Shown: positions 49,419 through 63,744 of the stretch, piece by piece | Position numbering within the stretch: the stretch's first letter is position 1 | Layout: every line of letters begins with the position of its first letter | DNA from: Camelus ferus | Lineage: Eukaryota | Length of the DNA stretch: 64,000 nucleotides | NCBI RefSeq assembly: GCF_009834535.1 | Contig: NC_045696.1 | Location: 58,344,001-58,408,000, forward strand | Direction of reading: 5' to 3' | Notes under the pieces: model-generated | What the model was told of the DNA's origin: nothing | What the model saw: only the letters and a program-made list of their open reading frames with translations | Databases searched by the model: none | Program-made: the position numbers and the translations under genes

Positions 49419-51202
49419 GTGAGGCTGTGGTGCTGGGGTCCGGGCCGGGACCGCATGTGCGCCCGGCGTGCGGGTCCGCGCTTGCTTCTCCCGGCCCTCC
49501 CGGGACATGCGGGGAAATTGATGCCCTCCGGGTGTCTGGGTGGGGGCGTGCAGGCCATGCAGGCGAGGACCCGGTGGCTGCGGGGAACACAGAAGGGCGG
49601 CCTCGGTGCCCTCCTAGCGGAGTGCTCCCGGGAGCAAAGGTCGGATGGAGCCCGGGGGCGCCAGGCGATCCCTCGCGGGGTGCTTGCACCGCGGATACAA
49701 CTTTGCGGGGGCGCAGTCAGGGGGCGGCCTCGCGCTAGGGCTGGACGCTGACGGCTTGCGGGGGTGCGGCGTCCCAGACTGCGGGCCCTGCACCTGTGTG
49801 AGTACGGGGTGGGACGGGGGTGCTTCCCACCTGCACTGCCGGAAGGCTTGTTTTAGGGCCAGCTTATTCTTGGTTTTGACCCAGAGCAGCCGGTAAACTG
49901 CGGGTCGTCACATGGGCCCCCGCCCGCTGGCCAGGCTCGGCAGGCTGGGTGGGGTCGCCGCGGGGGAGTTCTGTTCCTTCACCCAACTGAGGCCGGCTGG
50001 AACCTCAGCCACTCTCTGGCTTGTGATGCGGCGTATTATTTCATGTACCTGACTTCCCATGAAGTGGAACGCTTTAGATGCCCACCTCACAAAGTTGTCA
50101 GGGGGGTCGGATGAGAAGTCAGAGGAAGAAGCTCTGTAAACTGTAAAGCCATACAAGAGTGAAGGAGGAGTGGACCAGGGTGCTGGTGGGAGTGTGGGCT
50201 CTCCAAAGGAGTTTGGTGCGCTTGTGGGGCGGGAGGTGCCGCCGGGACATCCTTGAGAGCTCGGAATGGCTGTGTCCACAGCGCACAGGGTCCCAGGTTT
50301 GGCCTTGGCGTTGCTCTGGGTGTGTGGTAGGATAATGTGGCTCCCTTCCACGTCACTTCTTTAACTTATGGTCTTCCTTATTTTAGGACAGTCATGGCTC
50401 CTTTTTTATCCCTAAAGTTCCAGGGAACTTCCTGCTGCTGATACTCTCTTCAAGCTAGGTTTTCCAGTTTTTTTGTTTTTTTTTTTTGTTTTTTTTTTTT
50501 GATGTGACAAGGATATTGGACCTAGCGTAAGGAGACAAAATGGAGTATGGATTGAGTTGCTTTAAACACTTAAATCTTTCAATACTCTGCCCTTTGGGGA
50601 TCACCATTGAGGAGTGGCCCTGTGTTTTCTGGTTGTCTGGAAGTGGGTGGGAAAGGAAGCTCCCTGCCCTGCTAGATCTGACCATTCTCCCTCTTGGAGA
50701 GAACTAGGCTGGAGTGGGGCAATGGCATTTCCCTGAATCTAGTGTGTTTGATGATCTGTTTGCATTCTGTTCCCTGAAGCCAGTTGGCCTGGGCAGGTTT
50801 CTAGGCCTGGCAGGACTGCAGGACTGCAGGACTGTGAGGAGGGGGCCATCTCCAGTGCTTTCCCTATCAGGTCTTTGCAGATGGGCTGTTTAAGAGGTCC
50901 TGCTTTCCTCTCTTCTTCTCTTTTCCTCTCCCTCCTTTGAAAATAAAAGACTTGGGAACCTGACCAGAAAGAAGTTTTGTTCAGCAAACATTTATGTATC
51001 AACCCCATTGGCTTGGATTGGCTGACCCTGGGTTGGATTTTGGGTGAAGAGCAAAACATACATTGCTCTGCCCTCTGTTATTGCCCTGGGTTGGGGATGA
51101 GGGGGTCAGTCCTGTGAGCAAAGAAAGACAGAACAGTGGGTGCTAATAGCCAAAGTGCTGGAAGCTCCACTGGAGGGGAGCCTTAGGTTAATTTAGAGGG
51201 AG

Positions 51203-51616
51203 TGTTACCTATCATGATCCTTGGGCTCTTTAATCAATAGAAATTGATGAGGCCACAGGAGGAATTCAGGCAAGGTTTTATTGGGGCTCGTGCTGTAACG
51301 CACCGGAGGGAAAACAAGTAACAGGTTCCCTTGCTTGCCCCACAGAGAGCTGATTGCTTAAATTGGGTGAGGGTAGGGGTGGATCAGTGGGTTGGGCCAG
51401 AGAGGTGGCCTAGGTGTCTGCCCATCCCCTTGGTGGTGCTGTGTGGCACCTTAGAAGTGGCTATTGGGTTCTGGCCTTCTTGTATCTTGTTGTTCATAAT
51501 TGCCGGACTCAGACTGGCATGTGTGCAGTTATTTTTAGTCCCTTATAGTTGCTTGAGGAGATGTTTGTCCAGGTACAAGCACCACAGTAAAGGGTCCCAG
51601 GTCCCAGCCTGTCTCA
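51203..51616 (-). mobile_element. Solo ERV1 LTR in PDIA5 intron 1 (antisense to the gene)
   Basis: Minus strand TGAGACAGGCTGGGACCTGGG...AATAAA...GGTAACA; flanks ggag/gaag (4 bp TSD, one mismatch). Confidence 0.8.
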
Positions 51617-54600
51617 GAAGGGTCAGCCATAGCCTTCCTGGGTTGAGCAGCCTGGAGGGAGTGTGGGGGTCAGCCAGGCAGTTGAGGTCTGCTGGTGCCC
51701 TCCGCCGGGAGCTGTTGAGAGTGTGTAGGTTTGCGGAGGGCACTCGAACCTGGGAGTCCTCAGCATGGCATAGATGTTTTCTCCTTTCCCCAACTTCAAG
51801 ATTAGCTCAGCAGGTATGAGGCAGAGGTGCAGGGTCAGTGGTGAGTGGGCTGGCGGACACCAGGGTGAGCCCCTGTAAATTTATCTTTGTGTCCCTCTGG
51901 TATTGGCTCCCCAGGTCGTGGGAATGGATTGGGTTTCTTTGTTCCCTCAGTATTTACTGAGGGCTGTTATGTACAGAGCACTGGGCTGTGACCCAAGGGA
52001 TGTAAAGAAGTATAAAGGGGTCTACGGATATTCATGGATAGGGATGTTCACGTACCACATTTTTTTTTTTACAATAGCAAAAATATGGAAATGGCTTAAA
52101 TGCTTAACAGTAGCAGCATGTTTAAATGACTTCTGGTCCTGTCCATACCACGGAAAGTGATACTTATACAGAATATATGTATTTACTGGAATGCTGGGCT
52201 TACTATCAAAATATGTTATGATGCTTGTGAAAACTATCTAAGGACATGGAAAAGTACTTGAGTGTGATAATGAGGGGAAAAGCAGGATACAAAACTGAAT
52301 CCTGGGGTGGCGGCAGATAGCTCCAGAAGCGTTTGAGGAATTAGCAGTGTGTCCAAATGTTAACAGTGATTGTTCTGGAAGGTGGAGTTGTTGCTTGCTT
52401 TGTGTTTCCCAAGTTTTCTATATGAATGTGAATTCATTTTTGATCACAAAAGTTAGTAAAGAAACTTTTAAACAAGTTTCCTTTGGGAGCTCCCAGCTTC
52501 CCGCAAGAATGCTGGGGTAGAAGGAGTCGCAGTCAGTACCTGGGACAAGTTGGTTCCAGCCCTTCCAGGCTGGGTGTCTGTGCCCTGGGGGCCCATGGCC
52601 GGGTGGGCTGCCCTGTCCCTATCCCTGCAGCTGTCTGCTCCGTCCTGCTGTCCCACACAGCGCCTCTCGGCAGCTGACCCCCTTGTCCCCTAGCTGATTT
52701 TCTATAGTCTACGTGCAGTGCTCAGAATGGAGTAATGTCAGAGCTGGAGAGGACTCAGCCTCGCCCCACTCGAGGATTCCAACATCTGGCCAAAGACTTG
52801 AGCTGGGCTGTGATGAAGTTTTCACTGGTCCACAGACAAATTGGAAAAATAATGGTGAATGGCTTTTTTTGGGGGGGAGTGAATCCATGTGTTTTCAGTT
52901 TCAAAACTTCATTTCTCTGACGTTGTGTCTATATTGAGGGTGGTGGGGGAAGTGGTTTATAGTGTCCTTTTGAAAAAAATGAAAGCAGTGATAGTATATG
53001 GTGATTTTTTTTAAAAAAGCCTTTAATTGATAAAGTTTACTTTTAAATATATAATATACTCTATACATTATATTTTTAAACATATATTTTAAATATATAT
53101 TTTAAAAATATGTCCTGCTAATTTGTGAGTTTCAGACGTCTGATCCTACTGACCTGACTCAGCTCTCTCATTTCATAAGAGAAAAGTAAGGCTTTGAGAG
53201 GTAAGGGTCTCACCCACTCAAGGCCAACCAGTTTGTAAAGACAGAGCTGGAGTGTGAGCCAGACTCCTTAATTACAGATCAGCGTTCTTCCCGCTCCCTC
53301 TCCATCACCAGCCTCCTGTCTCCCACCTGCCTCCCTCCTCCCAAGCCGCTACTCAGACCTCTGCCCCTGAGGGTGGCATGAAGCTCAGAACCCAGTGGGA
53401 CAGTGGGCGGAGGTGCAGGAAGCAGCAGATGTTTGCCCTGCTCTCTCCTGCAGAGCTTTTAACATACACGTATTTAGGTTCTGCACCATTATATATTTAA
53501 TAGGCTTTTGTGGGCTGGCCTGGGGGCCTAATTGCCATTTATAATGCTGTTTGGAACCTGGAGTGCACTTTTCCCACAGAAATAAACACATTACAGAGAA
53601 AGTTTTAAAACAACTGGCACATAAGTTGGGAGAATGGCTGGGTGCCGTAGGAGTGGCAGACACACTGCTGCAGATTCAGGCGAGGATCAGGCTCCGGGGC
53701 ACCGGGCAACCAGGGCCCCGGCTCACGCCTCACAAGGAGGGCCGACTCCGAGCTCTGTGGCAATGGGGATCCTCCCTGTCTCAGGACCTGGCATGCAGTC
53801 ATCCCCAGTCCATTTTTGTTTGAAGGAATTAGTGTTGCAGGCAGAGAATCCAAGACAGAAACATGGACAGTGAGGAGTGATGGGCCAGGCTGAATGGAAG
53901 GAGAGATTTGAGCTGGAGAACTAACTGGAAAAGTGGATCGTAAAGAACCCTAAATGCCTGGCAAAGCTTTGGGGCTCAATTCTGTAGGCAATGGAGAGAC
54001 CCGATGAAAGCTGCCCTTCTAATAACAAGAGCTGTCAGGCCTCGGTATGGGGTTGGGCTGGAGCGGGAGAGACTGGATTAATTTTCCCAAAACAACACTT
54101 TCTTCCTCTTTCTTTCTTTGTTGTCTGCAAGAAGAAGTCCAGTGTGCTGTAGTGGAAATACATGGGCTTTTAGCCAGCTAGACACTCAGGAGCTGTGTGA
54201 CCTTGGGCCCTGCCTGTGTTCTTGTTTGTCAGTGGTGGTAATAATATCCACCTTGCAGAGTCTAAAGGATGAGAAGTAATCCAGGAACCATGGTGCATGG
54301 CACGTGGGCATGCCCAGTAAATGGGAGCCACGGCAGTCACTCAAATGTTGAAGAAGGGGTGCCTAGAAGCCAGGGAAGGGCCAGAGGGGGTGTGAGCAGA
54401 GGCTGCAAGGCATGGATGCCCCCGATCCTGAACTGCTGGAATTCTCCCCATCACAATCCTCTGGAGCAGAGCTCTTTGCCCCGCCCTGCTGGGCCCCTAC
54501 GGAACCTTCTGATGAGGGGTGTGTGAGTGTTTGTATGTGTGTAGAGGCTCAGGATTTAAGTGCTCTGTTTCTCTTTTCTTCTGAAAATGAATGCTGTCTT

Positions 54601-56254
54601 TCAGAGAATAGGGATACCAACCACACTGCCTCCCTGGAGGGTTTGCCCCAGCTTTGTGGTTTTGTTCTGTGGGGCTCTTGTGTCTCCCCTGGTGGTTGTG
54701 GTAGGTTTGGGAGGCTGTCTAAGAGACAGTGGGCCAGAGTGATGCATGGGGTGTAGGAGAGCCTAAGTTCTTCTGCACTACCAGACTTCTATAGTTTACT
54801 GGCCCCCCCAAACCCATTCCCCCTCCTTCTCTTCCCCCACACCTGGTGTCCTAGGTCTCAGTGGGAGAGGAAAGGAGCACTGTGCCCACACACTGCTGGG
54901 CTAGTCTGTCCTTCCTGCCTGCCCATCCTGCAGCACTGACCGGAGCTTCTGGCTACTCATTTGATCTGTGGATGAGAATTATAAAGCATCTGGTACATTT
55001 GTTGAGGGCTCTAGAGTTTGCAAAGCATTTCCGTATATTTCATGTCATCCTGGTTTTGAGTCCCACATGATCTGGGTGAGGCCAGCTGGTTGAGTACTGT
55101 TACCCCGAGAGAGGGCTGGGGGGGGGGGAACAGAGAGGGGAGGAGGTAGACCGTTGGTGGGCATGGCCTGGAAGGCGAGAGTGTTGACAGATGAGTAGAT
55201 CGCTTGAATGTGTGAGCAGCATCCTTGGAAGGTGCTGTTTTCTGAAATAGTGGCGCCAGCCATCTGCCTGGGGTGTCCGTGATGCTTGCCCTTTAGCTCC
55301 CTGAGGAGTTGAGTGCGGGAGGAGGGGCCACAGCCAGGCCCTTCCCGCCTTTGTCATTACCTTCCCAGCGTAGCTCTAGCCAGCTGTCCCCTCCAACAGG
55401 GCCTCTTCCCACACACCAGTTTATGACGACTTCTGAATAATTCGCTTTGCGGTCATGCAGTAGAGGGTTAAACACTCAGGAGTGTGGGGTTAGAATAGCC
55501 TTTCTGCGTCTTTTTATTCCCCAAGGTCATACTGAGCCCCCAGGTGGATGTGTGTTCTGTTCCCAGCCTAATGGTGAGCCTGTGCCTGGGTTCAGTTTCC
55601 CACTCCTCACAGCTGGCTGGGGCATGGGTAGAGAATCTATCACCTCAGAGAGTCCCACCATTCCTCTAGCCCCTTGGCACGAGCAGGTGTTTTTAATTTG
55701 TGAGCAGATCCTTTGATCCTTGCCTTGAAAGGTATTAATGGAACTCTAGGTCCCTGCCCTGGAACTTAAACATAAAGGTGATCTAGCATCTGAGCCAAGA
55801 TGTAGGCTTGGCTGGAAAGCTGTGTTGTTGGGCCAAGTAGGGCAGGCTCCCAAGGAACAAGCAGGTTTGCTCTCAGCAAGGGGTCTGACCTGGCTGGGTC
55901 CTGGGCAGAGTACTGTACATTCTCCTTATTTCAAAGGAACGTGGACCACCATCTGCAGGCCACATGTGTCACAGATGTTCACTCGTTCCACAGGTCTTTC
56001 TTTTTTTTTTTGGTTTGTTTTTAACAGATAATTCTTGAGAGTCTTTTATGCACCAGACATACTATTCTAAGGCATTGGGGACATAACAATAAACAGGATG
56101 GTACCATCCCTTCCTACCATTGCTTCGGAAGAGAGCCACTATTTTGTTACTTAATTCAGGTAGTAAGTGCTGGAAGGAGAAAGTATCAAGTATCAGGTGG
56201 TAAGAGAGTGTATGACCGGGTCCCTCACCTACTGCAGGGAGTCAGGAAAGGCTT

Positions 56255-56660
56255 CACTGAAGACCCGTGGACCCTTTTTTAGAAAAATGTTTTAACTATA
56301 TAAAACAGAATGCATAGGATTACAGAGGAAACCAGTGATATTGTAACATAGTTATCAAAATATAACAAGTTGTGGCAAAATAGTATTTAGTTTTTTAAAG
56401 CATCATATAAGATGGTCTGGTAACTTCTGTAATTTTAAGTAGTGATAAGCATAGAAAGTGTTTCAGGATATCTGCAGCAATCATCGTATGATGAGAAACT
56501 GATTTCTGTTGGTGGCAAAGTCACGGACACTAACAGTGCTACTGTAATTGGTTATCTACGTTCCTAAGAAAGGGAAGGCTAAATTTCAGTGAGAGACTAG
56601 TGAAAATAAAGATGTGACAGTCCCCCATCCAAATTCATAGACCTCAGGGTAAAGAAAAAT
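56255..56660. mobile_element. MER119-like hAT-Charlie DNA transposon remnant
   Basis: tggaccctttttagaaaaatgtttt...cataggattacagaggaaacca...agttatcaaaatat resembles the recalled MER119 consensus. Confidence 0.65.
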
Positions 56661-58984
56661 TATCTGAAAACTTGGAAATAAAAGATGATCTAGTGTCCAG
56701 GAATCCCACCTGAGGGGCTTCTGGTGCTCTAGGGGGTGTTACTTTGGTTATTTTTCCTTAGGACCCATACTCTGTAAAGTTAGAAAGGATGCGAATGATT
56801 TGTTTGGTAGAGAAGAGAGACCCTTCAGGACATTAACCAGCTTGGTATCTCATTTAGCAATCATATCAGGGTTCTTTTTTTTCATCGACCATGTATAAGT
56901 TTCTTATAATTTCTTTTTTAAATCTTTTTATTTAACCTTTTTTTATATCCTGTTTTGACCTCACTTTATCATTTTAGTGGGTCCCTTATGCTCCATCTCT
57001 ATTTGTATGAGAATTAAGTTGTAACATTTGAGAATTATACTTGACCCTGGCTTAAGAGCCACTGGTGAGCAGGATGTGAAGGTGTGGTGCTCATAAGGGA
57101 GATCTGGGCTGGGGATGTTAGTTAGGGATGCTGCTCAGGTTGTGGGGAGAAAGTTGGGGGCGGGAAGAGAAGGTGGACCGAGTGAGCCCCAAGGAGCCTC
57201 AGCATTTTCAGGGTGGCCAAGGAGCATTTACAGAGAAGAGAGGAAGGCTGGCTGGAGAGGTAGAAGGGGGAGACCCAGGTTCCACCTGGGTTGAAAAGGC
57301 TGAGCAAAGCAAGGAGTGGAGATGCCTGTCAGGATGTCCGTGTGGAAGTCATGATGGAACCCCTATCGAGAGCCTCTTCGGTGGTGGGGACAGGCCTGAG
57401 AGGGCTGAGGAGTGGCTGGGAGGGGAGGAGGGAGATGGACAATTCTGGCTGTGAAGGAGAGGGGAGTGGCATAGGGTCCAGAGAGGGGGTTATTAAAAGA
57501 TGATCAGTGTCCTTCCAACTTGTCTATGGATCCAAACCGCCTCAAGAGGTATGTGTAAAAATGGATTCCTGGGCCCTTCAGAGCCACGAGATGATTTTCT
57601 TCAAGGGCCCCAGAATCAGTATTTCCAAGAAGCTTATACTTACTGCTGTTGTGCAGATACAACCAGGCATGTACAAGTCAACGTTCATTTTACGTGATAG
57701 ATAGTATTTTGCCAGCCAGGGTTGCTGCTGTGGGCTGAGTGTTGTGACACAGCTTCTGCCCACGTCCCAAGCCACGTACATCAGTGACTCGGTGAGGTGT
57801 CGCTTGGCTGGAGCACGTGCCATTTTTGCTTTTCTCCGATGGTCTTTGGGGAATCGTGCACAGCCAGGTAGCAGAGGAAAGACGGCTCAGGCTGTCATCG
57901 AAGTTCTTTCCAGTTGGTCACGCTTAGTAGCTGGATTGGAGGAGGAAGCAGACTTGCTGACCTCTCGGGTCTTGTTCTGGGTGGAGCTCTGGGGAGTGGA
58001 GAGAGCTCGAGGGAACCAGTGGGGAGTCTGCACACTGACGGGCAGAGAGGAATGTCTGATCTGTGCCCAGAAGACCTCTGAGTCCTGGCTCTGCCCTTTT
58101 AGGCTTCATCCAAGTTGAGTCCCTTAACTTCTTTGAACCTCAGTTTTCACATCTGTAAGTGGGGATGAGAGCACCTCCCACACAGATTGTTTATAGCAGT
58201 TTTTCATACATTTTTACTGCAACTCCTGCAAGAACAATTATGCATTTTACATTATAATCAAGTACATACACACGTGAACATAGCAGATACCATGTTTCAC
58301 CAAATACGTGTGCTACCTATGGTACACACTGATGCTTCTATTTAATGTTATTTTTAAAAAATGCTGGTGATAACCCACTGAAGTGATTTTGTGACCCGGC
58401 TCTTGGGTTAAGGCCTTATGGCTGGAAAACACTGGTTTAGACTCTTAGCTTCAGGGGATTGAGAGATACCATTTGTCAAAGCACGGATGTACCCCATGGG
58501 TCATGAGCACTTGAGTTGTTATTTTCTTATCAATTAATGGAGCTTTGAGGCAGGGTTGGATTTCCGGAGTGGGAATTCACCTGCTGCCTGATTCTCTGCT
58601 CCCTCTCCAAGCGCTTCCTCGTTAGCAGGCCTGACGCACCAGGCTGGCAGCAACCCAGAGCCCTCTTGGCTCTCAAAGAGGTTTTCCACAACATTAAAAG
58701 CTTTAGGGACTTAAGTCTGGTTAAATGCACTGCAGTTGCAATTTCAGGATAAGAAAAAACCTGTTTTTATAAGCTCTCGGATCAGTTGTCCCGCCCCCAA
58801 ATTGTTCCTTGTTGACAGCCACATTGGTATTGTGGAAACAGGCAGGAAAACTGTGTAGCCCACATAGAAGGTGGGGTTTTTAAAGGAAGCAGAATAGAAG
58901 AAATGCAGCTGGCTTTGCATTTATAGGAGCAAGCGGTGAGATGTGTATGGCTCTAGGAATTGGTCTTGTGCTTCGATCCCGGTG

Positions 58985-59225
58985 CTAGAGTCTGTCAGAC
59001 TTGGATCTGAGTCACAGCCCGCTTACCTACTTGCTGTGTAATGTCGAGCAAGTTTCTAACCCCTCTTCGCCTCAGCTTCCTAATCTGTAGAATAGGTATA
59101 ATGAAAGTACCTACTTAACTCACTTGCCAAGATGATGACACTAGATGGTCACTTAAGCAGCGTAGCTGGCTCCTGGTCACACAGTAGGCATCCATCTGTG
59201 CTGCGGCTGTCCTCATCATCATGGG
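58985..59225 (+). mobile_element. MIR SINE
   Basis: gtcagacttggatctgagtc...ttgctgtgtaatgtcgagcaagtttctaacccctcttcgcctcagcttcctaatctgta. Confidence 0.75.
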
Positions 59226-59376
59226 CTCCTCCCTAGGCCCTGGGTGTTGGAATTAAGGAATCCTCTCTTGGTTCTGTCCCAGGCCAAGTGTTTCCCCATT
59301 TCTCTCTCTCTTAACTACAGTTAGCTCCTCAGGTGCAGCTAATCAGGGGTCCACATCCCAGCACCAGGCTCTGTGT

Positions 59377-59377
<1 letters not shown>

Positions 59378-59417
<40 letters not shown>

Positions 59418-59441
59418 TCTCTCTCTCTCTCTCTCTCCCCC

Positions 59442-59493
<52 letters not shown>

Positions 59494-59530
59494 CCTCCCT
59501 CCCCCCCTCCCCCCTCCCTCCCTCCCTCTC
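59378..59530. repeat. Compound (CA)n(CT)n(CCCT)n microsatellite
   Basis: Directly visible. Confidence 0.97.
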
Positions 59531-60063
59531 CCGCCATCCATGCTCGTTTTTGTTTCAAAGGCTGCTGGGTGGTAGACATTTGAACACTGGGAAGTATCAG
59601 TGGTGGAATCTTCAAACTTGGTTTGTGGTTAGTCCTTTATTCCTTGTGAAGAGTGGTATTTATCCATGGTAATTGGTGACAGATGCTTAAAATTTGCCCA
59701 TTTAAGGGGCATAAATTACCTGTGTTTGAAAATTAACATTTTCTCTCTTGTGAAAGCCATTCTAGGTATGTGTTGCATGCAAAGTACTGTGCAGATTTTA
59801 CATAATAGTTGTTATAAAAAAAAAAACGACATAATGTCAAATGAGCTGGCAGTAAAGAAGGGCAGATAAGGACTGCTCTTCCTTTGGAAAGTGCCAGTGA
59901 GCACTGGTTAGATGGCTGAGGGTATCAGGAGGCCTGCAGAAGAGGTAGGGGCAGTCTTTGTTTCTGTTCTGGGCTTCTTTTTTTTTTTTTTTTTTTCTGT
60001 CTTATTTGAGGTGGTTTTTCCCCAACACTAATTTTGAAATAGTCAGACTTACAGAAGAGCTGT

Positions 60064-60205
60064 GGGGTGGAGGGTATATTGCTCAGTGGGGGCGTGTGTG
60101 CTTACCATGCATGAGATCCTGGGTTCAATCCCCAGTCCTTCCATTTAAATAAATAAATAAACTTAATTATTACCCCCCCCCCCGCCGAACAGAAAATAAA
60201 TACGT
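60064..60205 (+). mobile_element. tRNA-Ala-derived SINE (camelid type) inserted in an old L1MC-like fragment
   Basis: gggtatattgctcagtgg...atgcatgagatcctgggttcaatccccagtccttcca followed by (taaa)n and a C-rich tail. Confidence 0.8.
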
Positions 60206-62224
60206 AGAAAAACAATACAAAGGATTTCCATCTGTCCTTCGCCCAGTTCCACAAATAATAACATTTAATCACATTTGTTTTCTCATATTCCCCCTCTGCG
60301 TATATAAAGTTTACAGACATGATTCTCCTTTGTCCCATAAATACTTCAGTATTTCCTAAAAGGCAAGGACATTCTCTTACATAGCCAGAGTACAGTGGTC
60401 AAAATCGGGAATGTAGCGTTTGGCTCAGGACTCAATCCAGAGCCACAAGTTGAATTTAATTGTTGTATCTCTTTAGTCTCCTTTCATCTGGGCCAGTTTC
60501 TCGGGCTTTGTCTTTTGGGTCCTTGACATTTTTGAAGAGTGTCCCTTAGTTTGGTTTTGGATGACGTGTCCCTTCAGTGCGTTATATCAGGAGACCCATG
60601 TGGATTTGACCCATTACTGGTGATACTATCGCTGGTCCCTTAGTTAAGGGGGTTTCTGCCAGGCTTTTCCACTGTAAAGTTCTGTTTTCTTGTGGGGAGA
60701 TGCTTTGAGATTGTTCATTATTTCCATGATGGTAGCCAAATGGTGGTAATTGTTTTTCTTTAAATATTTAAATTGGACATGCCTATTATGACGGGTTAGG
60801 AAAACAAAGGGGAAGAATAAAATCTGTCCAAGGACAATGTCTTACTTTGGTGCATTTTTTCTTACAGTCATTTTCTGAGCATAGTTTTCCATTTGGTTGT
60901 AATCATACCATGTACATTTTGGATTCTATTTTTAAAAACTTAACATGAAAACAAATATTTTTTCATTGCACAATCTTTTAAAACATAATTTAAATGCCTG
61001 TTTTATTCTGCTGAGTGGTTTACTCTAAGTAACCATTCCCCTGCTGTTGGATATTTAGGTTGTTTAGAATTTTTGACTCTTATGAGTAGGACTGTATGAG
61101 TCATGTATGTGTCAGAATCGCTGCTAATTTCCTCGGGACACATTCCCGAAAGTGGAATTACAAAGTCAAGGAGCATAAATACTTTTAAGATACTTGATTA
61201 ATTGTGCCAAATAGCTCTCCAAAAGAACTGTACTGGCTTAGGCTTTTGCCAGCACCGTATGACAGTTGGGTGCCATATTTTAAGTGATGCACTAATGGTG
61301 TTTCTCAACTTTTTAAAAAAAAGCTGTAATCCAACAGTCAAGATTTGTGTTGAGATTAACTTCCTGCATTTTGAATTATGAAGGCCTACATATTTATCTC
61401 CACAAATAAATTATAGTTGTAACGTAGCACATTACTCTCATCGGGTTCTGCACCCTGCTCCGGGCATGGAGATAGCCCTGGGAGTCATGAGCATGGCTGT
61501 GTCCAGGGCAGATCATTCAGTTCATTGAGGGACTTGAGGACACCTGGGGAATTGGGGGAGTTCACCTACAGAAACAGAAGAGGGAATGTGTTTGCTGTCT
61601 TCAGAGTGTGATAGGCTGACAGAATGACTGGGGAAGGGGTGGAATTTGGACTTTCTAATGGCCAGAGCTATCCAAGATGGAATAGTAGGATATGGACTTC
61701 TGTGCATTAACAAGTTTAGTTTCCACAGCCTTCTGGGCTCCACTGTCTTGAGCAGCCCTAGGAGATTTTGAGTTCTTGGCTTTAGGGGGCTACCTGGAGG
61801 CTGGAGATGGCTTGTGAGGAGTGTTGAGAGGAGTCTTATATTCAGGAAACCAGCCAGCCCAGCTCAAGCCCGTGAGCTACAAGGGATGGTCCTGGCCTTT
61901 CGGTCTCCTGCAGTGGTTCCCTTGCTAGAAAAGTGCTGAGGTTGTAGGGAAACTGGAGAGTTACTAGCTAATTTTCCTTTCATTGGTGGGCAGCTGTCAC
62001 TGGGTGACCAAGATACTGATAGGAACAGGCACAGTGAATCTTGGGTAGTGAGGAGGAGTAAATCAAACCCTTGATAGTCTCTCTCTGTCTTGTTCCTCGT
62101 ACCAGTTTATCCAAAGTATAATGCTTGATTTGATGCTTTAGACACTTTGAAATATCCCAGCTGGAGCAGATGTTAACACTTCCTTCCCGTTAAAGCTTTT
62201 GTTTTGGTGGACACTCAAGATCTA

Positions 62225-62650
62225 TTTGTGTGCGTGCCAGGAAACCCAGAATGATGGTGCCTTACAAAGGTTGTTTATTTCACTCACATAGAAGCCTTGA
62301 AAGGGGTGTTCCAGGGCCAGTGTATCCCTCTGCAATATCACGGACCCAGGTACCTTCTATCTGATACTCCACATCTTTAGCAAGTCCTTCTACCTCATTG
62401 TCTTAAGGTGGCTGCTTGAGTTCCAGCCATCTTTCCAAATTGTAGCTGGCAGGAAGGAGGAGGGTACTAAGAAGACTCTTATCAGAAGTCTGTTAAGTAT
62501 AGTTCCTAAAAGTTGCCTCATAACACTTCTTTTTACATTCCAGGGGCTGGAATTTAATCACATGGCCACACTTGCTGCAAGGGAGACTTAAGAGGTTTGG
62601 CTTAGTGTGGGTGGCCACATGCCCAGGGCAACTCAAAAGTTTCTTCACAA
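62225..62650 (-). mobile_element. MaLR LTR (MLT1J/K-like)
   Basis: gtttatttcactcacatag...aaggtggctgcttgagttccagccatc...aatcacatggccacacttgctgcaaggga. Confidence 0.7.
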
Positions 62651-63744
62651 GTGTAATTTACTTAGCGGTACTTCTCTGGTAGTGGTCATGAGAACAGGTT
62701 TGCAAAATATCACAGTTGGAAAGGAGTTTGGAAATCACTTTCAACCTCTTCATTTTACGGAGAAAGAAACAGAGAAGGAGAAATGGCTTGTCCACGGTCA
62801 CACAGCCAGTCAGTATCAAAACCAGCACAAAACTTGGGTTTCTGACTCTTGCTACCAAACTTCCAGCTCTAAATACTCAGCCAGCTGGAGTTCCCTGACC
62901 TCAGGTTCAGGTCATCTGTTTTTAACCTTATTCCTGGATCCCTTTACCACCAGCTCCTAAGAGTCTAGATTGAGATCCTGACATTTCAAAACTATTTTGA
63001 GCAAAATGTGGGCTACACTAAATTAAACCAGTTTCTTCACAGCTCCCAACATAAGAAGGATATCTTTTTTCAGGTGACAGAGCAAAAAAGGTCAAGTCCC
63101 ACCTCCGCCCTTTTTCTTAAATGTTAGATTTCTGTCCTCAACTCTTCTTCCTTCAGCAAGTTGCTTTTGCATAATTGCATACCTCTAGCTGCATGATCTG
63201 CATTGAACAGTGAGTCTAAAATGACAGGCAGGCTCCTGGCTATCGAGAATGTGAGGATGCTGGCACACGCCCCAGAGATCTGGAGCTTTTTAAAGCTGAG
63301 GGTGTAATGTGGCAATTACTGTTCTCCCTGTTATTTTCCAGAATTGTACGACTCTTCAGCTCCAGCCTGGTGGTGATGGTGAGTGAGGTTAAGTGAAGAG
63401 AGAGGAGCTTGTGTGTACGGGGTGCTAGAGAGTGAGAGTGAGAGTGAGGCAGAAAGGAGCTGGGCCCCTGCACCCACCTGATTAATAGCAGATCTGGGCT
63501 ACCTGCCCCAGGGCCTTGAGAAGGGGGCCAACTGACAGGGTGCTCTGGGCCTGCAGGAAGCAGAGGATTAGTGTAAATCCCTGCTGAGACCATCTTTGTC
63601 AGGGGATTTTGGAAGATTTGTGCTTTGATGGGTCTAGACTGGGAAGGAGGTGCTCTAGGGAAGGTGGTCCCCTTGGATTGCTGCAAGTCCAGGGAGCTTG
63701 TGGGGTGGAGAGAGGCAGACCACCTCTGGCCAGGACCTGGGAGG

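Larger units (their letters stand above)
49040..49970. promoter_or_regulatory. CpG island / PDIA5 promoter
   Basis: Dense CpG, GC-rich block surrounding the PDIA5 start codon. Confidence 0.9.

Noticed and set aside
49119..49751. 210 aa ORF spanning the PDIA5 start
   Set aside because: It begins at a non-ATG codon and reads through the exon 1 donor at 49419; only 49371-49418 matches PDIA5.
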